Source: an uncultured Gemmatimonadales bacterium
Lineage (GTDB): Bacteria; Gemmatimonadota; Gemmatimonadetes; Gemmatimonadales; Gemmatimonadaceae
Assembly (NCBI GenBank): GCA_963701965.1
Contig: OY969695.1
Coordinates: 3,072,001 to 3,136,000 of the forward strand
Direction: 5' to 3'
DNA: 64,000 bases
The translations under genes were made by a program, and so were the position numbers. The notes below the pieces were generated by a model. That model was not told where the DNA came from and ran no database searches. It worked only from the letters and a program-made list of their open reading frames with translations. Shown in pieces: positions 19,526-28,656 of this stretch (position 1 is the first letter of the stretch; each line of letters begins with the position of its first letter).

Positions 19526-22077
19526 GTCTGCTGCGTCGCGTTCGTGCCGTACTCTTCCGCCCCGCCGCCGAGCGCGATCTCGATGACGAGATCCAGCTGC
19601 ATCTCACGCTCGAAGCCGAGCAGTTGCAGCAGCAAGGTCTCGATCCCCGCACGGCGGCGGCGACGGCGCGACGGAGGTTCGGCCGGGTCGAGGCCGTGAA
19701 AGAGGCGCTCCGCGCGATCCGCGGCGTCGAACCGATCGAGGATCTGCGCCGCGATCTGGCGTTCGCCGCACGCGCACTCCGCCGGCGCCCCGGATTTGCG
19801 CTGGTCGTCCTGCTGACGCTCGTGATCGGCCTGGCCAGCGCCACAACGATCTTCGGTGTCGTCTACGGCGTACTCTGGTCGCCGCTCCCCTATAGCGACG
19901 CGGACCGCATTGTCACGGTCTATCAGACCAATCACACGCAGGGCGTCGAGTACGCTCCGGTCTCGCTGCCCAACTATCTCGACTGGAAAGCGCGCTCGCG
20001 CGCCTTCTCGGCGCTCGCCGTCGCCGAGCGGTTCGGCGTACGCTACAGCGCGCCCGATGGCCCCGAGCGCTTCGCGGCGTGGCGCGTGACCGCGGGATTC
20101 TTCGGTGCGCTCCGCGCACGGCCACTCCTCGGCCGCACGTTCTCCGCTGACGAATTTCAGCCCGGGCGCGCGCCGGTGGCGGTGTTGGACTACGATCTCT
20201 GGCGCACCCGGTTCAATGCCGACTCCAGCCTCGTCGGCAAGACGCTCATCCTGGCTGACCCGCCGGTGCAAGTCATTGGCGTTATGCCGCCGTCGGTTCA
20301 CCTTCCGGGGCCAGGGATGTGGCTTCCAAAGATTCCCGGGCCAGACGAGCTCTTGTGGCGCGGCGCGGCCTACTATGCCGCCATCGGACGCCTCGCGCCT
20401 GGCGTCTCGCTGGATCGGGCGCGCGAAGACATGCGCCGCGTCGCGGCGGATCTCGCGCGCGAGTACCCGGACGTCGATCGCGATGTCGGCGTCTCGCTCG
20501 TGCCGCTGCGCGACAGTCTCGTCGGCCACGTCCGTGGCCGGCTGTTGCTGCTCTTCGTCTCGGTCGGACTGCTGCTCCTCCTGACCGGCGCGAACCTCAC
20601 GGCGCTCCTGCTGTCTCGCGCCGTCGAACGCGAGAGCGAGCTCCGCATCCGCGTCGCGCTCGGCGCCGGCCGCGGGCGCATTGCGCGGCAGCTGTTCGCC
20701 GAGCACGCGCTCCTCGCCGGACTTGGCTGGGCACTGAGCATCGTACTGACGTTCTTCGCGCTACGAGGCATCCGCGCGCTCGGCGCCGGTCTCTTGCCGC
20801 GCGCCGACGAGCTCCACGTCGGCCTGCCGGCGGCGCTCTTTGCTGGTGTCGTCGTGCTCGGCCTCGGGCTCATGCCGACGCGAACCCCGAGACGGGGACG
20901 GAGCCTGCAGCGCGTGCTCGTTGTCGGCGAGGTCTCGCTGGCGCTCGTACTGGTGATCGGTGCGGGGCTTTTCGTGAAGAGCGTCCGCGCGCTACTCAAC
21001 GTCGACCCGGGATTCCGGTCGACGAATATCCTGGCTGTCACCTTCCAGACGGAACATCTCTACCCCGCCGACTCCACGCGTGCGACGTTCGTGCGCACGC
21101 TCCAGGATCGTCTGGCTGCGATCCCCGGCGTCAAGCATGCCGGCATGACCACGTCGCTGCCATTCGGCGGCACGATCGGACCGGACGAGGCGACGTTCGA
21201 AATTCGCGGACGGCCGCTCAGCTCGAGCCGCGCGCGGCCCAGCGCGCATACGGCAGCCATCACGCCCGGGTTCTTCGATGTGCTGCACATTCCCGTCGAA
21301 CGCGGCCGCGCGTTCGTGGCGACCGACGACCGGAACCACCCACGCGTCGCGATCGTCAACGCGGCGTTGGCGCGGCAATATTGGGGGACCGAGGACCCGG
21401 TCGGCCAATGGCTGAACGTGGCGTTCGACACCGATTCCAGCATGCGTCAGATCGTGGGCGTCGTCGGCGACATCCACGATATGGGCCTCGACCAGCCCCC
21501 GCTTCCGATGCTCTATCTCCCGTACGCGCAGACACCGACCGGTGGCGTCACCTTCGTACTGCAGACGTCCGTGACTCCGCGGTCGTTGCTGCGCCCGGTG
21601 CGCCGCGAGCTCGCCGCGTTGAACGGCGCCATGCCGATCGTATCGGCGACGACACTCGACGACCTCCTCGCCGCGTCGACCCGCGCCCCGCGCGTCGTGC
21701 TTACCGTACTCGGGATGTTCGCGGGACTCGCACTGGCGCTGGCCGCCGTAGGCATATTCGGCGTCATGAGCCACCTCACGCGGGCGCGCACCAAAGAAGT
21801 CGGCATCCGGCTCGCACTCGGCGCCTCCTCCCGCGGCATCCTCGGCCTCATCCTCGGCGAAGCGGTCGGGCTCGCCGGAATCGGCGCAGCGATTGGTATC
21901 GTCGCGGCTGCGATCGCGAGCCGATCCGTTACGGCTCTGCTGTACGCAGTGTCTCCGCTCGACCCCACGACGCTCGCGGCCGGTGTGACATTGCTTATGG
22001 CCGTCGCCGGCGTCGCGGCGTATGTCCCGGCGCGCCGCGCTGCGGCCGTGGACGCGGTGCGCGCGCTCAGAGATTAG
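19522..22077 (+). CDS. ADOP-family duplicated ABC permease
   Basis: ERDLDDEIQLHL N-terminus and two MacB/FtsX repeats; ATGA overlap with padR. Confidence 0.92.
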   Translation: MSLLRRVRAVLFRPAAERDLDDEIQLHLTLEAEQLQQQGLDPRTAAATARRRFGRVEAVKEALRAIRGVEPIEDLRRDLAFAARALRRRPGFALVVLLTLVIGLASATTIFGVVYGVLWSPLPYSDADRIVTVYQTNHTQGVEYAPVSLPNYLDWKARSRAFSALAVAERFGVRYSAPDGPERFAAWRVTAGFFGALRARPLLGRTFSADEFQPGRAPVAVLDYDLWRTRFNADSSLVGKTLILADPPVQVIGVMPPSVHLPGPGMWLPKIPGPDELLWRGAAYYAAIGRLAPGVSLDRAREDMRRVAADLAREYPDVDRDVGVSLVPLRDSLVGHVRGRLLLLFVSVGLLLLLTGANLTALLLSRAVERESELRIRVALGAGRGRIARQLFAEHALLAGLGWALSIVLTFFALRGIRALGAGLLPRADELHVGLPAALFAGVVVLGLGLMPTRTPRRGRSLQRVLVVGEVSLALVLVIGAGLFVKSVRALLNVDPGFRSTNILAVTFQTEHLYPADSTRATFVRTLQDRLAAIPGVKHAGMTTSLPFGGTIGPDEATFEIRGRPLSSSRARPSAHTAAITPGFFDVLHIPVERGRAFVATDDRNHPRVAIVNAALARQYWGTEDPVGQWLNVAFDTDSSMRQIVGVVGDIHDMGLDQPPLPMLYLPYAQTPTGGVTFVLQTSVTPRSLLRPVRRELAALNGAMPIVSATTLDDLLAASTRAPRVVLTVLGMFAGLALALAAVGIFGVMSHLTRARTKEVGIRLALGASSRGILGLILGEAVGLAGIGAAIGIVAAAIASRSVTALLYAVSPLDPTTLAAGVTLLMAVAGVAAYVPARRAAAVDAVRALRD

Positions 22078-22414
22078 AGATTAATTGGTCACGCGACTGG
22101 CGTCGCCTGGCCAATCAGCCTGTCGCCTTGCGGCGCCAGATCGCTCGAGTGCTGCTTGGATCATGCGGCGATTCATGAGCTCCGTCGGCTTCCGCTCCGA
22201 CGTGAAGATCGGGCACCAATCCCGCCAAGCATTCGCCGAAAGTGCACGACCTCCTCTTGAAGTCGTTCGGGCATGGGTACCACCCAATCCATGCCGCGTT
22301 TGTCGTGTTCTGCACGCACTACGTCCCGCAAACCGCCTTTACGCCCGTGTACCGCCAATCACCCGACCTGAATGTGATCGGCAAACGCTAACGGTGTGCT
22401 GGTGGGTTCAGCCG

Positions 22415-23131
22415 CTAACTGTCGAGCAAGATCCAACGGTCTGACGATCGATCGAAGTAGCGCCGGACGCGAGTGCCGTCCCATTCATAGACCAGGTGAG
22501 ACGTCTGCCGTGGAATCCCAACCACCGTTGGACGGAAAGCGCCAATACATCTCCCTCCGGAATGACGGACGCTCCAGTAATGCACGCCATTGCTTCCTTG
22601 CGATCGAAGGGCCGCCGCAAAAGGCTGCGACGCAGCGTACGAGTCAGGATCAAGGAGGGGTTTACTCGATCTTTCGTCGAGTTGTGCAACGTCGTGGAAA
22701 TGCGCGTCGATGCGACTGACTAAGACACGCATTTCTTCGCGACGTGGCCCGTCTGCCGAGTCGCGTGCGATCTGGCTGAAATGAAAAACCGTCTCTGTCA
22801 CCGCAGTAGGCAGGTTATGTGCCGCATAGTAAACGCCATATGAGCCGTCCGAGAATCGCGACCCCCATGGCTTGATGTGCGTAAAGGCGGCCATAACGAA
22901 AGTGGCGCCCGCTCCGCTGACACGTTGGTCAGGAGGAACTAGGTGAAGATTGCCCACCTGATCTCGGACACGAGGATTGACCAGCATTTCCGCGACAATC
23001 AACGCTTCCCACACCGAGGGATCCGGCGAAACGCGCTCGTACAGGTCGATGGGTGGGTACCGCGACGCGACGATTCTGGTTGCCGCGCTGAATCGGATCC
23101 TGCGTACTGGAACTGTCGAAGTCGGTGTCAC
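22415..23131 (-). CDS. RES-domain toxin (NAD+ phosphorylase type)
   Basis: SRFSDGSYGVYYAA...ETVFH...YAASQ...GVHYWSVRH; likely GTG start at 23131. Confidence 0.9.
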   Translation of the reverse strand: MTPTSTVPVRRIRFSAATRIVASRYPPIDLYERVSPDPSVWEALIVAEMLVNPRVRDQVGNLHLVPPDQRVSGAGATFVMAAFTHIKPWGSRFSDGSYGVYYAAHNLPTAVTETVFHFSQIARDSADGPRREEMRVLVSRIDAHFHDVAQLDERSSKPLLDPDSYAASQPFAAALRSQGSNGVHYWSVRHSGGRCIGAFRPTVVGIPRQTSHLVYEWDGTRVRRYFDRSSDRWILLDS

Positions 23132-23138
23132 GAACCAT

Positions 23139-23540
23139 TTACCACGGTGCCCGAGCGGCATCGAGGTACTGGCGAACAGCGGCAAGGTCCGTCACATCAC
23201 CAGCGCTCATGCGCGCCAGTGGTGTTTGCCCATTGAAGAATCGGTTCGGTCGGTGGATCCAACTATCGGCCTGATGCGGGTCGCTATACAGAATCTCAAG
23301 AGCTTTCCAAATCCCGCTGACATAACCGATGCGTCTAATCGTATCCATCGGTACCGCTCCGACTTCACCGGCCTTCCACTTGTAGAATGTGCGCTCGGGC
23401 GGCTCACCGAGGATCACGCGGGCAGTGGCATTGTCAATGTTCCATCGATCCATGATGCCAAAGAAGCCCACAAAGAGTGGTCGGATCTGATGAGCAGCGA
23501 TCGTCGGACGATCACTTATCTGTTCCGCGTGGGCGTGCAT
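23139..23540 (-). CDS. Xre/MbcA/ParS antitoxin
   Basis: ADSWIHRPNRFFNGQTPLARM...VRQYLDAAR. Confidence 0.9.
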   Translation of the reverse strand: MHAHAEQISDRPTIAAHQIRPLFVGFFGIMDRWNIDNATARVILGEPPERTFYKWKAGEVGAVPMDTIRRIGYVSGIWKALEILYSDPHQADSWIHRPNRFFNGQTPLARMSAGDVTDLAAVRQYLDAARAPW

Positions 23541-23554
23541 AGCCAGCTCCTCTA

Positions 23555-23597
23555 ATGCCTATAGGCATAATATGACATAGTAGCGGCCTTCAGGCAA
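23555..23597 (-). promoter_or_regulatory. Promoter and operator of the xre-res operon
   Basis: Minus strand TTGCCT-17-CATATT followed by the perfect palindrome ATGCCTATAGGCAT. Confidence 0.6.
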
Positions 23598-23639
23598 TTA
23601 GCGATGTCTGCAGACGTGATGCGTGGTAACCTTGCCGCG

Positions 23640-23990
23640 TTGTTCAGTCATTCATGTCCGGGAACTCCGGCACCGGCGTCCGGTCTCCCTAGCAAGTACG
23701 GCAAATTGTTGGTTTATAGTGACTTACCCGAATGTCAGTGGGTTAGAAGTGCGTCGCCGTCGCACGCGCAATTGGTACGTTGCCACTCCTAACGCACCCG
23801 TTGCGACCTCCAACGGCACCCCAAGCTACTAGAGTGGCGAAGTGTCGCCTCAACGTGTCTGATCGCCCGGTGTACGAACAGGCGAGCGACCGCATGCGCG
23901 AACGGCTCGATGTCTAAATCCCAGTCCTACCGGTTCGATGCGTCGCGCAATGACGCCTCCGCATCCGTGCGGAAGCCGATGCGGCGCGAG
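23640..23990 (+). repeat. att junction 5 lacking the core: L2 arm joined directly to R2 arm, then a 3' remnant of the ORF6N gene
   Basis: caagtacggcaaattgttggtttatagtgacttac followed at once by gtcagtgggttagaag; 23925-23990 matches 10765-10830. Confidence 0.85.
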
Positions 23991-24176
23991 GTCCTCTGGC
24001 ATCGAAAATGCGAACGGTACTGTTGGCTCCTTCGTGTTGAGCGGCCAGTTGCTCGTCGCCAAGACCGTGTAGCAGTCAGAGGTTCCCCGACGCGTGTGTG
24101 GGATCCCCCCGACAGCGCCGCTGCATGCCGACGCCCAACATTGGGTAGTAGACTGCGGCGATTCCGGAGCTGTCCT

Positions 24177-25085
24177 ATGCCACGCGTCAATGGATCGTTG
24201 CCGCTCAGGGCCCTGGTCGCGGTCGATGGAAGCCAGGCCTCACGGGGGGCGGTTCGCGCGGCGGCGGCGTTCGCGGACGCTGGCCTCATCGTGCCCGAAG
24301 TGATCGCGGTCGATCCCATCGATCTTACAGCCACGGGCGGGATCGCACTCGATGTCGACGAAGCCATTGAAGCGCGGCTGGGCTCATCGGGCATCCTCGA
24401 TTGGCGGGGGAGTGTACAAGCCGATCTGTTTGCTGGCGGCGGTGGAAATTGGCCGATCCACCTCCGTGCGGGTGCCCCGGTCTACGCTGTCATCGCCGGT
24501 GAAGCCGAGCGAGGCCGCTTTGATCTCGTGATGGTCGGATTGCGGCATCGCGGTCTCCTAGCGCAACTGACGCGGCGGGATACCGCTCGACGCATTGTCG
24601 AGTCGACCGACGTCGCTGTGCTGTCTGTGGCTGCGGGATTCGCCGGCGTCCCAAACCGCATCGTGGTGGGGGTCGACTTCGGCGACGCGAGCGAGCGTGC
24701 CGCTCAGGCCGCCGCCCGAATGCTCGGCAAGGGCGCGACTCTGACACTGGCGTTCGTCGATCTGTCCCTGGGCGAACCGACCGAAGTAATCGAAGGATAC
24801 GAGCGCTTGCACGACCAGGGCTTCCGCGTCCTGATGGAGCAACTCACCGTGACGCTCACCGTCCCGCCTGGAGCGCGAGTCGAGCATGTGCGCCTGAGCG
24901 GCACTCCCGCGACGACGCTGCTTGCGTTGGCCGATCGGACTGACTCGGATCTGATCGCAGTGGGCCGGCAGCGAACCGGCCTCGCGCGGACGCTCCTCGG
25001 CAGTGTGGCGGGTGATCTCTTGCGCGACGGCCGACGGTCCGTCCTCGTTGCGTCACGTGTACCCCTGAGGCGTCGCGAAGCGTAA
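24177..25085 (+). CDS. Universal stress protein (tandem USP domains)
   Basis: LVAVDGS, IVVGVDFG, DLIAVG...LLGSVA. Confidence 0.88.
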   Translation: MPRVNGSLPLRALVAVDGSQASRGAVRAAAAFADAGLIVPEVIAVDPIDLTATGGIALDVDEAIEARLGSSGILDWRGSVQADLFAGGGGNWPIHLRAGAPVYAVIAGEAERGRFDLVMVGLRHRGLLAQLTRRDTARRIVESTDVAVLSVAAGFAGVPNRIVVGVDFGDASERAAQAAARMLGKGATLTLAFVDLSLGEPTEVIEGYERLHDQGFRVLMEQLTVTLTVPPGARVEHVRLSGTPATTLLALADRTDSDLIAVGRQRTGLARTLLGSVAGDLLRDGRRSVLVASRVPLRRREA

Positions 25086-25148
25086 TTCCCCGGCGCCGCG
25101 GCGCCATTCGCCGGCCGATCCGCGCGCAACTCCTTTACAGGCCCAGAC

Positions 25149-25600
25149 CATGACGACGAGTATGACGCCGATCCCACAAGGTGCCGCGACGTATCAGCCC
25201 TTCGCCGAGGTCCGGTGCTGCTGGCTACGGCCGGTAACGATCCCTCCGATACATCCGTGATCGCGGCGCGACTCCTGGCGGAGCGGTTGGGTGAGCCCGT
25301 CGAGGCGCTGTCGGTTCTCGAGGCCGGGCGTATGCCTATACGGCGCCGGCCATCGTGATTCCGGTGGTGGTGGACGACGACGTTCGTCGCCGCGTACGTA
25401 TGGAGCAGGTCCGACGATATCTCCTCCCGTACATGCCTAGCCGTACGGAGTGGCCGATCATGATCGCGTTTGGGTCCTAGGCCCGCGCTATAGCCGACCG
25501 GAGGAGGACCCTCGGCGCTAGCGCGATCGTGGTCGGCGCGGCCCAACCGCTGGGCACGCGTCACCGTGTCGCTGGGCATTGCGCCGCTGATGTCCTGTCC
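25149..25600 (+). pseudogene. Degraded universal stress protein
   Basis: GPVLLATAG...AARLLAERLGEPVEALSVLE followed by frameshifts. Confidence 0.55.
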
Positions 25601-25634
25601 TGCGCGTGACGCTGCGCGACGGCGCCGCGCTCTA

Positions 25635-26096
25635 TCAGCTCGGGCGGCACTCCCGTCCGGTGATCTCAGCGGCGTGAATTCGAAAAACGATGGTTCGAAA
25701 GGGGACTGGGTCGTCCGCGGTCAACGTTCCGGGCAGGAGTGCCTGTAACGCCGCAATCCCTCGCGTCCAGGCATCGTGTTCGGACGGCGGGGCCTGTTCA
25801 TGCGCATACCACGCGCCGTGCACTACGACGCTTCGCCAATCGAAAAGGCCGGTGACCTCATTGACCTCGAAGGCGACCCATCGATTGTGCGCGACGATCT
25901 CCATCTTGGCGCCTGGCGACGTGCGACCGTATATCCAACCATCGACATAGACGTAATGCAGCGGCGTGATGTCGACGCGGTCATGACGTGCGAAGGCGAC
26001 CCGGCCGACATGCTGTTGACGGAGGATCACTTCGCAGCGATCCCGCTCGAGGGGGCGGATCGTCGGACTGTTCGGGATCGAACGGTCAATAGTCAT
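25635..26096 (-). CDS. Pyridoxamine 5'-phosphate oxidase-like (NimA-type) flavoprotein
   Basis: VGRVAF...PLHYVY...VAFEV...WRSVVVHG...FRI...ITGR. Confidence 0.88.
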   Translation of the reverse strand: MTIDRSIPNSPTIRPLERDRCEVILRQQHVGRVAFARHDRVDITPLHYVYVDGWIYGRTSPGAKMEIVAHNRWVAFEVNEVTGLFDWRSVVVHGAWYAHEQAPPSEHDAWTRGIAALQALLPGTLTADDPVPFRTIVFRIHAAEITGRECRPS

Positions 26097-26856
26097 ACGT
26101 CACGTTGGTAATGCGCCCGCGCCAATAGGGGAACGGTCCCGTTGGAAGAACCCATTCGGCCTCGCCGACCATCGGGATCATGAGGCCACGCATCCGCTGA
26201 TACTTGTGGAAGCGTCCCGTCCACGGCGTCAGGACGAGCGCCCCGTCGACCTCCCGAAAGCGATCGGCAGACACCTGAAGGATCTCACCCGTCGGTCCGA
26301 AACGGAAATTGGCGATCACGCTCGTGCCGTTCGCATGCATCGTAGCGCGCGCGGTGTCCTCATCGAGCGCCACCCAATCAACGCCATGACCCGGCAGCAG
26401 CGCCGTGGGGAGCCATGCCAGTTCTGCCAGGTACCGTTGAAGGCTGGCCGTCGCGAGCTCGGGTTTACCCAATGCTGACGCCACGGGAAAGAGACCAAAG
26501 AGCCGCGCCTCCATCCGGGCCTGTCCCGCGATCTCCATGTCGCGCACGCGAATCGACATCAAGGGGCGCGTATGGATCGAGGCGTCCCAGACGAATTGAG
26601 GCGGATCGACGGTAAAGTATTCCGTCGCATGAAACGGGAACCAACCGCCATCGGCAGCAAAGCGAAACTCGCCGTCCTGCGAAACACGGGCTTGTCGAAT
26701 CGAGAACTGCCCATCGGCCAGCGCGAAGTAGAAGTAGCGCTGTACCACGGTGGGCAGCGCGTCCATCTGCTCGATGGCGACGGGCATAACGTCGTAATGT
26801 CCCCGTGGAAGGAGGCTATCGACGATCCGTCGCGTGGTGCGATTCCATGGCATCAT
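26086..26856 (-). CDS. DUF6544-like protein
   Basis: LPTVVQRY, FVWDA, LQRYLAELAWLPTAL. Confidence 0.75.
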   Translation of the reverse strand: MMPWNRTTRRIVDSLLPRGHYDVMPVAIEQMDALPTVVQRYFYFALADGQFSIRQARVSQDGEFRFAADGGWFPFHATEYFTVDPPQFVWDASIHTRPLMSIRVRDMEIAGQARMEARLFGLFPVASALGKPELATASLQRYLAELAWLPTALLPGHGVDWVALDEDTARATMHANGTSVIANFRFGPTGEILQVSADRFREVDGALVLTPWTGRFHKYQRMRGLMIPMVGEAEWVLPTGPFPYWRGRITNVTYDY

Positions 26857-26918
26857 CGGATTGATCGAATGTCGCGCGCCGGTGAGCCTCGCGGTGTCCG
26901 AGTTTACCTGACGTCGTG

Positions 26919-27581
26919 TCAGGGCGTGGCGAGTAGGCCGAGCTTCAGCGCAAATCGCACGTAGTCGGCGCGATGCGACAGGCCCAGCTTCTCGTTGACC
27001 CGTTGCTTGTAGGTATCGACCGTCTTGGCGCTAATGGAGAGCTTGGCCCCGATCTCTGGAGCGGTATACCCTTCCGCAGTGAGTCGCAAGACGTCGCGCT
27101 CGCGATCACTCAGGGATTCGTAGCGCTCGCGATCGATCTTGGCGGGGTCCTTGCGCACAAGACCTAACGCTAATACTCGAGCCGCTGCCTGCCGCACGTA
27201 CAGATCTCCTTTGGCGACGGCGCGAACGGCGTCGACCAGCTCTTTGTCGGCCGCCGTCTTGACCACGAACCCGGCCGCACCCGCTTGCAGCACCGGGACG
27301 AGGTATTCCTCCTCCGTGTGCATCGTGAGCACGAGAATTCGAGGACGTGGGCCTCTGGCCACGACCGCCTTCGTGACCTCGACTCCGTCGCCGTCGGGCA
27401 TGTCGAGGTCGAGCACGAGGACGTCAGGATCGCAGCGTTGCGCCATCGCGATGGCCTGCTGACCTGTGGATGCTTCCCCGACGACCATCATGTCCTTCGC
27501 CGTGGCGAGAACGGCTTTGGCCCCGGCGCGTACGACCGCATGGTCGTCGGCCAGGAGCACCCGAATGACGTCGCTTGACAT
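26919..27581 (-). CDS. NarL/LuxR-family response regulator
   Basis: LADDHAVVR, LDLDMP, LSDRERDVL...ISAKTVDTYK. Confidence 0.93.
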   Translation of the reverse strand: MSSDVIRVLLADDHAVVRAGAKAVLATAKDMMVVGEASTGQQAIAMAQRCDPDVLVLDLDMPDGDGVEVTKAVVARGPRPRILVLTMHTEEEYLVPVLQAGAAGFVVKTAADKELVDAVRAVAKGDLYVRQAAARVLALGLVRKDPAKIDRERYESLSDRERDVLRLTAEGYTAPEIGAKLSISAKTVDTYKQRVNEKLGLSHRADYVRFALKLGLLATP

Positions 27582-27612
27582 AGCCCGAATATCGGCTGAG
27601 GGGTGGCAGCGG

Positions 27613-27695
27613 TTGTCAGGGAGTCCCTGACAACGCATCACCGACCAATCTGTCGTCAGGGAGAATCGGACGGCAATGTCGGGCGATCACCGACA
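27613..27695. promoter_or_regulatory. Cluster of three TGTCAGG-N5-CCTGACA-type boxes between divergent genes
   Basis: Perfect ttgtcaggga-g-tccctgacaa plus two degenerate copies. Confidence 0.75.
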
Positions 27696-27729
27696 CGCCC
27701 GGCGTGTCGGTGGTCAATGCTAGGCTGTG

Positions 27730-28539
27730 ATGGTTCCTCGAGAAACGGAGCAGCATCGACAGGTACTAGTCGTGGCCACCAATGGCGGAGCCGCATCGGC
27801 CGGAGCCTTGCGCTGTGCTGGACGCCTCGCTGAGAGGGACGATGTGGTTGTCGAGCTCGTGAGTGTAGGATTCCTTGGCGGCCCGGGGCGGCGTGTGCAG
27901 CGGCTTCTCAGCGATACATTCGTCAGCGTGCCCGAGTGGAATCACACAGTTGCGGACGGTGACGTAGCCGACACCCTCGCGTACTTCAGCCAGCGCTCCG
28001 AAGCTACTCTCGTTCTCGTTGGACTCTCCAACCACCACGGAGCGCGAGCCGACATCTATCGGATCGTCAACACGGTCAGTGCTCCAGTGCTCGCTGTTCC
28101 TCCGTCCGTGACGGACCTTCCTCGGCGGGGTGCCGTCGCGATGGACTTCAAGGAAGCGAGCATCCGTGTCGCGCGGACCGCACTCCACGTCATGGGCAGG
28201 CCGGCGGAGCTCCTCATCGTGACAAGCTCTGTGGCCGCATCAGCGGCACCGATTCCCTCACCAGCCGCCCTGTTGTTCGACGCGCTGCAGGACACCCTCG
28301 GCGGACCCGCTGACGTTACTGTCCGGCACACACCGGTGAGTCAACCGCTGACGCCGCCCCTTGTGGACTTCGCCGTGCGTCAGGTGGTCGACCTGATCGC
28401 CATCGGGCGCCATCGATCGAGTCGCGCTGCGTCGACACGCCGACGTATCTTGGGCCCCACCGCGGCCAATGTTCTCGCCGCGGCGCCCTGTAGTGTCCTT
28501 ATTGGTTCGGCAGAGGATAAAGCAAACCTGGTGGCCTAA
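27730..28539 (+). CDS. Universal stress protein
   Basis: LVVATNG, APVLAVP, DLIAIG...ILGPTA...APCSVL. Confidence 0.8.
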   Translation: MVPRETEQHRQVLVVATNGGAASAGALRCAGRLAERDDVVVELVSVGFLGGPGRRVQRLLSDTFVSVPEWNHTVADGDVADTLAYFSQRSEATLVLVGLSNHHGARADIYRIVNTVSAPVLAVPPSVTDLPRRGAVAMDFKEASIRVARTALHVMGRPAELLIVTSSVAASAAPIPSPAALLFDALQDTLGGPADVTVRHTPVSQPLTPPLVDFAVRQVVDLIAIGRHRSSRAASTRRRILGPTAANVLAAAPCSVLIGSAEDKANLVA

Positions 28540-28656
28540 GCTTGCGGTCGACGGGGCCTCGCGCCACATACTTGTTGGCCCGGCGGCGTTTCGCCAGACT
28601 CCAGAGGGATTTGCGACCGAGTCGGCAACGCCTCGCGGAGATGGTAGGTTCTCGCG

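Noticed and set aside
12850..22178. Long alternative-frame or antisense ORFs (e.g. 12850-14010, 14369-15604, 19036-20706, 20319-22178)
   Set aside because: Shadow ORFs of high-GC genes. They are Arg/Ala/Pro-rich and carry no motifs.
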